This document shows positions 9,191 through 17,963 of a stretch of DNA of 64,000 nt, piece by piece. Below the pieces are notes generated by a model. The model searched no databases. It was given only the letters and a program-made list of their open reading frames with translations, and was not told the origin of the DNA. Made by a program: the position numbers and the translations under genes. The DNA lies in NCBI GenBank assembly GCA_038227875.1, contig JBBRPR010000028.1, positions 32,001 through 96,000 on the forward strand. The letters are read 5' to 3'. Origin of the DNA: Planctomycetota bacterium (GTDB lineage: Bacteria; Planctomycetota; SZUA-567; H5-PLA8). Each line of letters opens with the position of its first letter. The first letter of the stretch is position 1.

Positions 9191-11758
9191 ATGCACCTTG
9201 TGCGTTTAACCTGCTGTCTGGCACTAACCTTATGTATCACAACGTTTGCAGCGACAGATTTTAAAGTCGGACCGGACACCACGGTGGACAGTCTGGCCGT
9301 GTGCGCCGGGCAGACCAACTACCTCGTCAGTTGGCGCGACCTGCGCAATGGTCCGAGCACCCCGCGCATTACCGGCACGGTCGTCACCACCACCGGAACG
9401 CAGATTCCTGATTTTCCGATCTCCGATGTCGGCGGGCAGCCGGTCGCCGCGCCCGTTCAGCGCGCGACGTCGGCGTTCGACAACGCCAACTATCTGGTGG
9501 TGTGGGCCGACAACCGTTCCGGCGGCGCGGGAATTCGCGGGGCGCTGGTCTCGCCGCAGGGTGTCGTGGCCGGCGGGCATGATTTTCTGATCGCGCCAGT
9601 CACCACGTTGAACAACAACAATCCGCAGGTCATCTTCGCCGCGGCCGATTATTGTGTCGCCTGGCAGGACACTCCGGCGGGAAGCTCCGGTGGCACCCAA
9701 ATCTTCTACACGCGCATTTCGTTCGCCGGCGTGGTTCAGCCCGTGGTGGCACTGCCGCTGAATTCCGGCACCACGTCTTACAATCAGTCGCTGGAATTTC
9801 TCGTCCGCGGCCTCGATGCGGAAGTGCTGCTGGTCTACCAGGATCTCGCCGCCTCACCGGCCGCGTGCATGGGTGTGCGCATCGCTGCCGACAATACCAT
9901 CGCCGCGACTGCGGGCGTCAGCCAGACGCTGCTGTTCAAGCGCGAGATTGCCGACAACGGCTTCGGTGTGCCCGTCGCCGTGGGCTACGACGGCACGCAG
10001 TACATCGTGCTCAGTTCATTCGGCGCCCAGATTGATTCGACGATCTTCCAGACGCGTTTCCGCATCGACGGCACGGTGCTTCGCCCGGCCGGCAGTTTCG
10101 CCGAGATTGCGCAGGGCGCGACGGGTCTGGTCGAAGATGTGTTTCCGCGCGGGATTTACAATCCGTCCGTCTCGAACGTGCAGATCACGCCGAGCATCGT
10201 CAACAACACCGCGACGAGCGAATGGCTGTTCCTGCGGAATATCAAAGCCAGCGACACCGCGTATCATATTTTCTTCGAACGCGTGCTCAACGACGGCACC
10301 AACCGCGACCTCAATCCGGTGATCCAGGACAGCGCGCAGCAGGGCATTTTGAACGGCGTCGTCGCCGCAGTGATTGGGACGCAGTACTTGATCGTCTGGC
10401 AGGACGGGCGCCGCCTGCCTTCGCAGCCCAGCGCCGGCGGCAACATCTACGGCGTGCTTTACGACGACACACAACTGGGCGACGTGACCAAGCCGTTTCT
10501 GAAAGCCATCGCGCGGGCTGGCCCGATCAGTGGTGTCGCGCCGCTGATCGTGCAGTTTGTCGGCGATTCCTCGAGCGGCGCGGTCGATTCGTTCGGCTGG
10601 GATTTTGGCGACGGGACGTCCGTCGCCACGCTGAGCCCCCAGCACACGTACACCGCCGACGGCACGTACACGGCGGTGCTCTCGCTGCGGCGCTTCGGCT
10701 ATCAGCTCCACGATTTCATTCGCATCGCCGTGGGCGGAACGCTGCTCGGCGGCGGCGGCGGTCCGGCGCAGTCGACAGCCGGAACGCTGGGAGCGAATAG
10801 CAGCGGCGTCAATCCGTATCTGCTGGTTTCGAACCTGGTGCTGGCGGCCGATTACAAGACCGCCAACAGCGACCAGTTACGCTTCTTCGGCTATTTCGAT
10901 CCCAGCAACCTGCCGATCTCGCTGAAGGGAACCAGCGGCGTGCTGAACATCGGAAGCAACACCTACGCGTTCAGCATCGATTCGACTGGCAAGGTCGTGG
11001 TGCCCTCGACGGGTGCCAAGATTGTTTTCAACATCAACCTGACCTCCGGCGCGTTTGTCGTTTCCACCACCGCCGACAATCTGGCCCCGGTGCTCTCTGC
11101 GGTGGGCGCAAAAAACGAGACGGTGACCAAGCCGGGCAAGACGATCACGATTCCCGTCAGCTTCACGTTCGCGAATCTCAGCTACCAGGCCAACGTCACG
11201 GGCAATTACCTCGCGACGGCGGGCAAAAGTGGACGCTTCAATTATCAGTTCGCCGTGAAGGATCAAGGCGCGACGGACGCCGGGTTCATTCACATCAGCG
11301 GAGCGGCCGCGAAGGAAGGCGGAGCCTCACCCAACCGCACCGATTCATTTGGCGTCACCGGTACCGTGGGCGTCGGCACGACGTACGGCGTGATCAAGGC
11401 CGCCAGCGGCAACTGGACCATTGCACTGGGCAATTACACGGAGTCGATCCCTGTCAACCTGCTGACGACGACGAGCAAAGGAACGATCTACACCTACAAA
11501 CCTCCGACGGGAAAGAAGACGGGCATCGTGGTCTTTCAGTACGACACCGCCAGCGGCCGCTTCGCGCTGCAGGTCAAAAATATCCCCGCCGAAGGCGACG
11601 CCGCGTGCGGTTTGCCGCTGACGACCGCGACCGCTAACCGAGCCGACATGGCGTTCTCGGTGACGTTCGCGTCGGCGACGGGCTCGGATTATCAGTCGAG
11701 CATCTACGTGCGACTGGCGCGCAAGAAGAGCGGGAGCAAGAGTTGGGTGCTGCGCTGA
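9191..11758 (+). CDS. Secreted PKD-domain protein with N-terminal YLVVWxDxR beta-repeats
   Basis: RBS GAGGAG and a signal peptide. Repeated YLVxWxD motifs, PKD signature WDFGDG...HTYTADGTYTAVL, and beta-rich C-terminal domains. Confidence 0.85.
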   Translation: MHLVRLTCCLALTLCITTFAATDFKVGPDTTVDSLAVCAGQTNYLVSWRDLRNGPSTPRITGTVVTTTGTQIPDFPISDVGGQPVAAPVQRATSAFDNANYLVVWADNRSGGAGIRGALVSPQGVVAGGHDFLIAPVTTLNNNNPQVIFAAADYCVAWQDTPAGSSGGTQIFYTRISFAGVVQPVVALPLNSGTTSYNQSLEFLVRGLDAEVLLVYQDLAASPAACMGVRIAADNTIAATAGVSQTLLFKREIADNGFGVPVAVGYDGTQYIVLSSFGAQIDSTIFQTRFRIDGTVLRPAGSFAEIAQGATGLVEDVFPRGIYNPSVSNVQITPSIVNNTATSEWLFLRNIKASDTAYHIFFERVLNDGTNRDLNPVIQDSAQQGILNGVVAAVIGTQYLIVWQDGRRLPSQPSAGGNIYGVLYDDTQLGDVTKPFLKAIARAGPISGVAPLIVQFVGDSSSGAVDSFGWDFGDGTSVATLSPQHTYTADGTYTAVLSLRRFGYQLHDFIRIAVGGTLLGGGGGPAQSTAGTLGANSSGVNPYLLVSNLVLAADYKTANSDQLRFFGYFDPSNLPISLKGTSGVLNIGSNTYAFSIDSTGKVVVPSTGAKIVFNINLTSGAFVVSTTADNLAPVLSAVGAKNETVTKPGKTITIPVSFTFANLSYQANVTGNYLATAGKSGRFNYQFAVKDQGATDAGFIHISGAAAKEGGASPNRTDSFGVTGTVGVGTTYGVIKAASGNWTIALGNYTESIPVNLLTTTSKGTIYTYKPPTGKKTGIVVFQYDTASGRFALQVKNIPAEGDAACGLPLTTATANRADMAFSVTFASATGSDYQSSIYVRLARKKSGSKSWVLR

Positions 11759-11759
11759 G

Positions 11760-11972
11760 TCAGCGTTTGGTGCTGAGCTTTTCTACCAGCTTTATGACCA
11801 GCACAATCCACAGCACTTGGAGTACGGCAAACGAGATCCACGCCAAAGGACCCCACGGGCAACCCGCACTCGTTTTATTATCGATCAGGCTACCGAAGAC
11901 CGCCTGATTGACTAAGTAGGGAACCATCAGCCATTTGATGATGAACCACAACGCGCGCAGTCGAAAATACAT
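11760..11972 (-). CDS. Small hydrophobic hypothetical protein
   Basis: 70 aa with two hydrophobic stretches and GGAGGT upstream on the minus strand. Lower GC than its neighbours. Confidence 0.4.
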   Translation of the reverse strand: MYFRLRALWFIIKWLMVPYLVNQAVFGSLIDNKTSAGCPWGPLAWISFAVLQVLWIVLVIKLVEKLSTKR

Positions 11973-12146
11973 TTTTGATACCTCCGCTTATACTCGTCAC
12001 GCAACATGAACGCGTAATCGAGCTGAAAGTGAAAATAGATCCTATAAAACATCTTAACAGAAGTGTGAAAAGGCTATTTCAGTGCGAAGGGCTTTCAATA
12101 CTTTTCCGAGGCAAAAAGTTACACATGTGACTGGCGGTGAATGCGT

Positions 12147-13745
12147 TTACAACTCTCGCTTCAACACCTTACCCGACGGATTGCGCGGCAGCTTCTCCAT
12201 CAACTTGATCGTGCGCGGTTGTTTGAAACCGGCGACCCGGGTGCTCAGGAATACTTTTAACTCACGCTCGGTCAGCGTGAATCCCGGGCGCGCGACGACG
12301 GCTGCGTGGACGACTTCGCCCAGCGCGGCGTCGGGGCGACCGTAGACGGCGGCTTCCTGTACGCCAGCGTGTTCGCAGAGCGCGTTTTCGACTTCAATCG
12401 GGTAGACGTTTTCGCCGGCGACGATGATCATTTCCTTTTTGCGGCCGCGCAGGAAGACGTAGCCTTCCGCGTCGATGAACGCCGTATCGCCCGTGTGAAA
12501 CCAGCCATCGACGATCGCCTGAGCGGTCGCTTCCGAGCGTTTGAAGTAGCCCAAGAAGACGCTCGGACCGCGGATGCACAGTTCGCCGATTTCCCCGGAC
12601 GGCAGCGTCTTGTTCTTCTCATCCAAAATGCACAGTTCCAGTCCCGGCGGCGCGCGGCCGATCGATTCGCTGCGCGGAATCGCCTGGCTGTCTTCGAGCA
12701 CCGTGGAGACCGACGTTGTCTCGGTCAGTCCGTAAAAATTATGGAGCTCTACGCCGGGGAACATCTCGCGCAGGCGCTGGATGGTCAGCGTCGACATCGG
12801 CGCGCCGGAGTAGCAGATCAAGCGCAGCGACGGCGCGGGACTTTCCTTCGCGCCGCCGGCCGGAAGCGCGTTAGCCAAGAGGTAAAACGTCGTCGGCACG
12901 CCGAAGAACGTCGTACATTTGAACGCGTTGATGGTGTGGAGTAGATCTTCCGGATCAATGTTCGATGAGACGACGAGCACGCCACCCTGGCTCAGCGCCG
13001 TCGGCATGATCGTATTCAAGCCCGTGACGTGGAAGAGCGGCACGACCAGCAGGTGAATATCCGATTCCACCAGCCCGTGGCCGGCTTTTGTGGCCTCAAT
13101 GTTGAAGAGCACGTTGCCGTGCGTGAGCATCGCGCCTTTGGGCTGGCCAGTGGTGCCGGAGGTATAGATGATCGCCGCGACGTCGCCGGGCGCTGTCAGC
13201 ACGCCGGTGCTGGCGGAATCCAGTTCCGTCGGCAGCGGCGCGCGGTCGAGCAATTCCTGAAACGGAACCGTGCCCGGCGGCGGAGTATCAAATCCGACGG
13301 CGACGATCGGCTTGGTCCAGTTCAGCGCCGCGAGCGCCTCCTGCGCCGGTTTCCATGTGGCCGGGTGGACGAAGACGGCCTGCGCTTCGCAGTTGCCGAG
13401 GATGAATTTCAGTTCTTCAGCTTTCAGGCGCGCGTTGACCGGGACCGCGACGCGGCCGGCGCGCAGGATTCCGAAGTAGACCGGCAGCAGGTCGATGCAA
13501 TTGGGCATCAGAATCGCAACGTTGGCGCGGCGTTCCGCCACGGAGAACGAATGGAATTCGCCTGAGATGTCCGCTCGCACCTTAAAGCGGTGAACCAGCG
13601 CGACCGCGACGCGCAACGCCGCCTGCTGCAGCCCGGCGAACGTGTATTCCGCATTCGATTCTGCATCGACGGCAAAGCGCCGGTCCGGCCACTTTTCAGC
13701 GGCGGCGTTGAGCAGGACGGTCAGGTTTTTCGGCGTGGTTTGCAT
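12147..13745 (-). CDS. AMP-binding long-chain acyl-CoA synthetase/ligase
   Basis: YTSGTTGQPKG, YGLTE, FHTGD and PRNPSGKVLK. Start placed at MQTTP (13745) to avoid overlap with the divergent gene. Confidence 0.9.
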   Translation of the reverse strand: MQTTPKNLTVLLNAAAEKWPDRRFAVDAESNAEYTFAGLQQAALRVAVALVHRFKVRADISGEFHSFSVAERRANVAILMPNCIDLLPVYFGILRAGRVAVPVNARLKAEELKFILGNCEAQAVFVHPATWKPAQEALAALNWTKPIVAVGFDTPPPGTVPFQELLDRAPLPTELDSASTGVLTAPGDVAAIIYTSGTTGQPKGAMLTHGNVLFNIEATKAGHGLVESDIHLLVVPLFHVTGLNTIMPTALSQGGVLVVSSNIDPEDLLHTINAFKCTTFFGVPTTFYLLANALPAGGAKESPAPSLRLICYSGAPMSTLTIQRLREMFPGVELHNFYGLTETTSVSTVLEDSQAIPRSESIGRAPPGLELCILDEKNKTLPSGEIGELCIRGPSVFLGYFKRSEATAQAIVDGWFHTGDTAFIDAEGYVFLRGRKKEMIIVAGENVYPIEVENALCEHAGVQEAAVYGRPDAALGEVVHAAVVARPGFTLTERELKVFLSTRVAGFKQPRTIKLMEKLPRNPSGKVLKREL

Positions 13746-13881
13746 GGCTACAGCGTACCGCAGGCTTCCAGCCTGCAAGTGCGTCTGCGTGAAAGCTTCT
13801 TGCGGTAAAAGACAATTCCTCTCAAACTCCCCTATCATTTCATTTTCATCGCCGAATTGTTCTTTGTGAGGAAGGATTTTC

Positions 13882-16779
13882 ATGAAGCAGAAACCGGTCT
13901 CGTTTGCCCAGGAAGCCGAACAGATCCTCGCGCTATCGATCGCGCACCGCGTCAGCAAGATCGGGGGCTACGGTCCCGCGGGCGAGGTGATATACGAAGG
14001 CCATCCCTTCGGCTGCCCTTCCACGCTGGTCACCAATCGGCGCAGCGCCAAGAGCACGTTCATGTCGAACGGTTCGCTGGGCTTTGAAGTCAAGTTGCCC
14101 AGCGGCATGGACATCCGCGTCCTGAGCGACAGTTTCGACGCGACCGAAAAACGCGAGACCGGCGTGCCCTCGGCCAACGTCTGGCTCGACGTCTCAAGTG
14201 GAAAACTTCCCGTCATTACGTCGCTGATCAATCCGCGCTCCAATCTGAACTGCGAGCCTCAGGCGATCAAGATCGTCAAGCTCGGTGATCCCGGCCGCTC
14301 GATGTGGTACTGCGGCACGTTTGCGCCGGTCAAAGGCACTTCCTTCCAGACAGCCGTGAAGCTGTCGCTAGTGGACACGGCAAAAGGTCCGGCGCTGCTG
14401 CGCGAAGTCTTCGTCAAGAACACCGGCTCGCGTGTACTGAAGGGCAAACTCTGGGCCTTCTTCAATCTGCACGGCACGCAGCGCTTTGTGTACAACAAGG
14501 AAATCTGGTACGACTCCGGCCTGCCAGTTTCGCTGAATGAAATCGTGTCGGCGGCGACCGTTCCGTACACCAATATCGTTCAGATCAAATACATCTCGAA
14601 CGCCGCCACCGCCGGTCTCAAGGCCGTCGACGCGACCTGCGACTACTCGGCGTTTGTCGGCGACACCGCGGCGTTCGCCGCGCTGCCGCAGGCCGTTCGT
14701 GATGGCGCGCTGATCCCCGGCGCGGGCCAGCGTTTTAATCGTTTCACCATCGCCACGATCTCCGCCAATCAGTTTGCGCTCTCGCTTGCGCCCGGCAAGA
14801 GTGCGCAGTTGACGCAGAGCCTCCTCTACATCACCGACGAAAAGTTGATGGAGTCCTTCCGTAAGAAGTCCGCCTGCCGCTACCCCGATTATACGCTCGT
14901 CGCGAAGGCGTTTGTCGACGCCGCCAAAGACGTGATCAAGAATTCGCCCGGCGCAGCGCGCATTTCCGCGGACACCCGCGCTGCCAAAAAGGAGCTGGAG
15001 CGCCCGGCCTTCGAGCTGACGCTGCCCAAGCAGCGCGTCGTCTCCGAGTACGCAAAGTCCGTCTGGACCGGGGTGCAGGAATTGTACGAGAACTGCCGCG
15101 CGCACGGCGCCAAGCTGGCCAACGGCATCGAACTCGGCACGCGCGATCGCGGTCAGGACATGTGGCCAAAGATGAAGGAAGACGCTGGCCGCGTGCGCGC
15201 CGACCTGGTTCACGTCATGAGCCTGATGTGGGTGACCGTTGAGCCCGGCCACAAATGGAGCACGCCGCTGACCCGCGTCGAAAAACTGCATGGCATGTTC
15301 CCGCGTCAATACCCCAGCCGCTGGGACGATCGCACTCAGGAAGTGATGTGCGACAACCGCCCCTACTCCGACAGCCCGATCTGGCTGATCGATTCGTTGA
15401 ACATGTACCTCCGCGAAACCGGGGACATCAGCATTCTCACTGAAAAAGTGAAGACCGTGCGCCTGACCAACCCCGATGCGCCGGAGCAGTCGGGCATCGT
15501 TGGCCACGATCGGGAACACACAGTCGCTGAAGTGATGCTGGAAATCTTCGAGTGCTTCCAGCGCCACATCGAAGATTCGCCTTACGGCATGACGCAGGTG
15601 ATGTACGGCGACTGGTGCGATCCCATCGACATGTTCGGCACCTCAAAAATCGGCGACAGCACAACGCGCGGAAAGGGCAGGGGCTCGCACGTTCGTCTGA
15701 GCGCCCACATCTTCAACAGCATGATCGCCATGATCGATGCCTTTGAAGCCGGCAAGGTCAAGCAAGCGCTGAGTGGTCTGGCGCTCACGAAACGCATCGA
15801 CAGCCTGAAGTCCGTCGCCAACCGTCTGCGGCAGAGCATTGTGCGCGTCGCATGGGAAGCCGGAACGCGCGGCGTCCCCGGCGCGTTCCTCAATGTCATT
15901 CACGAACTCCATCGCGACGGCACGCGGCCGGACTACGCGAAAGGCGAGATCGGCTACACGATCGGCTCGATGCGCGGACGCGATTTTGACGGCATCAATC
16001 GTCGCGAACTGCTGACGCAGGCGCATTGTCTGCCGATGCTGCGCACGGTCCGCGCGTACCTCGAGCCGATTCCCGACGCCGACGCGTTGATCAAGGACAT
16101 CTTCGCGACCACGGACAAGGTACTTTACGACGACAAGCTGGGCCTGAAGTTGTTCGAGCCGCCGATCGCCAACAGCCAGCATTCGCGCGACTTGGTCGGC
16201 CGCATGGGAATTCTGCCCGCCGGTTGTGCCGAGAACGGCGAATACCACCACGCTCAGGTGATGATGCACCGCTTCCGCATGCAGGTGCCCGGCGAAGCCG
16301 ACACCGCGTGGCGGCAGTTCACCCGCATCGTTTCGGCGATGCGCGACGAATCGATCGCCGGCCCGTTCGAAATGCCGTGCACGTCCTACGCCTCAGACTC
16401 CGCCGATCCGCATTTCGGCAAGGGCATGTACTTTGGTCTCTCCGGCTCGACGGACTGGATTGTCGAAGTGCTTCAGGAAATCGCCGGCCTGCAGCTCAAC
16501 CTGCACGACGATGCGCAGCCGGCCGTGAAGATCACGCCGCATCTGCCAAAGGATGTGGAAGAGACGCTGACGTTCCGGCGCCCGATCCACGTGGCTGAAG
16601 CTGGCGGCGTTTTCCGGAGCATCGTGCTGACCGTCGAAATCAACCGCGAAGGCAGCGGCGCGAAGCTGCTTGAGACGCGGATCCGGATCAACGGTAAACG
16701 CGCCGAAGCCGCGGAGATCGGCAGCCTGGAGGGCGTGAAGAAGCTCGACGTGGCCATCACGTATGTGCGGGGGAAATAA
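13882..16779 (+). CDS. GH94-like glycoside phosphorylase, divergent
   Basis: GTRDRGQD, YSDSPIWL, YLRETGD, catalytic-loop GDWCD (cf. GDWND), ENGEYHHA and LSGSTDW. Confidence 0.75.
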   Translation: MKQKPVSFAQEAEQILALSIAHRVSKIGGYGPAGEVIYEGHPFGCPSTLVTNRRSAKSTFMSNGSLGFEVKLPSGMDIRVLSDSFDATEKRETGVPSANVWLDVSSGKLPVITSLINPRSNLNCEPQAIKIVKLGDPGRSMWYCGTFAPVKGTSFQTAVKLSLVDTAKGPALLREVFVKNTGSRVLKGKLWAFFNLHGTQRFVYNKEIWYDSGLPVSLNEIVSAATVPYTNIVQIKYISNAATAGLKAVDATCDYSAFVGDTAAFAALPQAVRDGALIPGAGQRFNRFTIATISANQFALSLAPGKSAQLTQSLLYITDEKLMESFRKKSACRYPDYTLVAKAFVDAAKDVIKNSPGAARISADTRAAKKELERPAFELTLPKQRVVSEYAKSVWTGVQELYENCRAHGAKLANGIELGTRDRGQDMWPKMKEDAGRVRADLVHVMSLMWVTVEPGHKWSTPLTRVEKLHGMFPRQYPSRWDDRTQEVMCDNRPYSDSPIWLIDSLNMYLRETGDISILTEKVKTVRLTNPDAPEQSGIVGHDREHTVAEVMLEIFECFQRHIEDSPYGMTQVMYGDWCDPIDMFGTSKIGDSTTRGKGRGSHVRLSAHIFNSMIAMIDAFEAGKVKQALSGLALTKRIDSLKSVANRLRQSIVRVAWEAGTRGVPGAFLNVIHELHRDGTRPDYAKGEIGYTIGSMRGRDFDGINRRELLTQAHCLPMLRTVRAYLEPIPDADALIKDIFATTDKVLYDDKLGLKLFEPPIANSQHSRDLVGRMGILPAGCAENGEYHHAQVMMHRFRMQVPGEADTAWRQFTRIVSAMRDESIAGPFEMPCTSYASDSADPHFGKGMYFGLSGSTDWIVEVLQEIAGLQLNLHDDAQPAVKITPHLPKDVEETLTFRRPIHVAEAGGVFRSIVLTVEINREGSGAKLLETRIRINGKRAEAAEIGSLEGVKKLDVAITYVRGK

Positions 16780-16787
16780 TCCACGCC

Positions 16788-17162
16788 ATGTCTGATACCA
16801 TTTACGCGCGGCCGGTATTTCGCGTTCGGGACGTTGCGGCCAGCATTGCGTACTACGAGTCGAAGTTGGGCTTTGCCAAAGCGTGGGTTCATGGCGATCC
16901 GACACTGATCATCGCTCAAGTCGGACGCGATGGCTGCGATATTATTTTGGATTCCAGCAGCGTGCTCCCCAAGCCCGGCACGACTTCGGCGTTGAGCCTT
17001 TCGGTAAACAACCTCGGCACGTTATATCGCGAACTTAAAGATCGCCGAGCAACCATTGCCGCGCCGCCGTTTTCGACGGTGTGGCAGCGCAACGTGTATC
17101 AGTTCGATGTCATCGACTTGGATGGAAATGTGTTGATGTTCTGGGGGGACAAGAACGAATAG
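16788..17162 (+). CDS. VOC/glyoxalase (bleomycin-resistance-like) protein
   Basis: PVFRVRDVAASIAYYESKLGF ... DLDGNVLMF. Confidence 0.85.
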   Translation: MSDTIYARPVFRVRDVAASIAYYESKLGFAKAWVHGDPTLIIAQVGRDGCDIILDSSSVLPKPGTTSALSLSVNNLGTLYRELKDRRATIAAPPFSTVWQRNVYQFDVIDLDGNVLMFWGDKNE

Positions 17163-17323
17163 AAACGGTCAGGTTCTCGCCTCGGTCTCATCCCGGTTGG
17201 AAATCAGGATTCGCTCGGCTACTCCCATCTTATAAGCGGAGAGGGCATAAATTTTTCCATTTTTTCCGCGTGATCGCGCCAATTCCTACGCAATAGTGGC
17301 AGACTCAAGAGGTGTGAGGGGCG

Positions 17324-17935
17324 ATGGAACAACTGGATACGACAGACTTTAAGACATTGCGGGCCGAGCTCGAAGCCGGGGTCAAAAACGGCGACGATAC
17401 GGTCCTGCAGCGTTTTTATAATGAGTACTTCGACTTCGTGTACCGCTACGTGCTCTGCCGCGTGGAATACAACCACGCCGACGCGGAAGAGCTGGTCGAA
17501 GAGATCTTCTTTCAGACCTTCCGCGACATCAAGCAATACGATGGCGCCCAACCGCCGTGCCGCTGGATGCTCGGCATCGCGCGCAACCGCATTGTCGACC
17601 GCTACCGCCGCAAAGGCCGCAAGCCGGTCGTCGAGCTGCTCTTCAGCCAGTTCGACGAACAGTTCGCGCGGCGGCTGTTCAATCTGGAAGCGCAGGAACT
17701 TCCCGATACGGAGATGGAACGCTCCGAGCTGGCGGTGATCGTCGAACTGATCCTTTCCCAACTGCCCAAAGATTACGAACGCGTGTTGCGCCTGCGTTAT
17801 TTGGAAGACAAGCCGGTGAAGGAACTCGCCGCCGACTTGAACACCACACCGAAGGCCGCCGAAGCGCTGCTCTTCCGCGCGCGCAACACCTTCCGCGATG
17901 CCTTCCGCATCGCCGAGAAAAACCTCGCTTTCTAA
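17324..17935 (+). CDS. ECF sigma factor
   Basis: Region 2 DAEELVEEIF...WMLGIARNRIVDRYRR; region 4 LPKDYERVLRLRY...LFRAR. Confidence 0.93.
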   Translation: MEQLDTTDFKTLRAELEAGVKNGDDTVLQRFYNEYFDFVYRYVLCRVEYNHADAEELVEEIFFQTFRDIKQYDGAQPPCRWMLGIARNRIVDRYRRKGRKPVVELLFSQFDEQFARRLFNLEAQELPDTEMERSELAVIVELILSQLPKDYERVLRLRYLEDKPVKELAADLNTTPKAAEALLFRARNTFRDAFRIAEKNLAF

Positions 17936-17963
17936 AATTTGAATTCACGACTGGAGCTCGACC

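Noticed and set aside
13746..13958. Long N-terminal extensions in the ORF track (also dusB to 43163, ECF from 42948, PKD gene from 27256)
   Set aside because: They overlap divergent genes or repeats. Downstream starts fit domain boundaries and RBS positions better.
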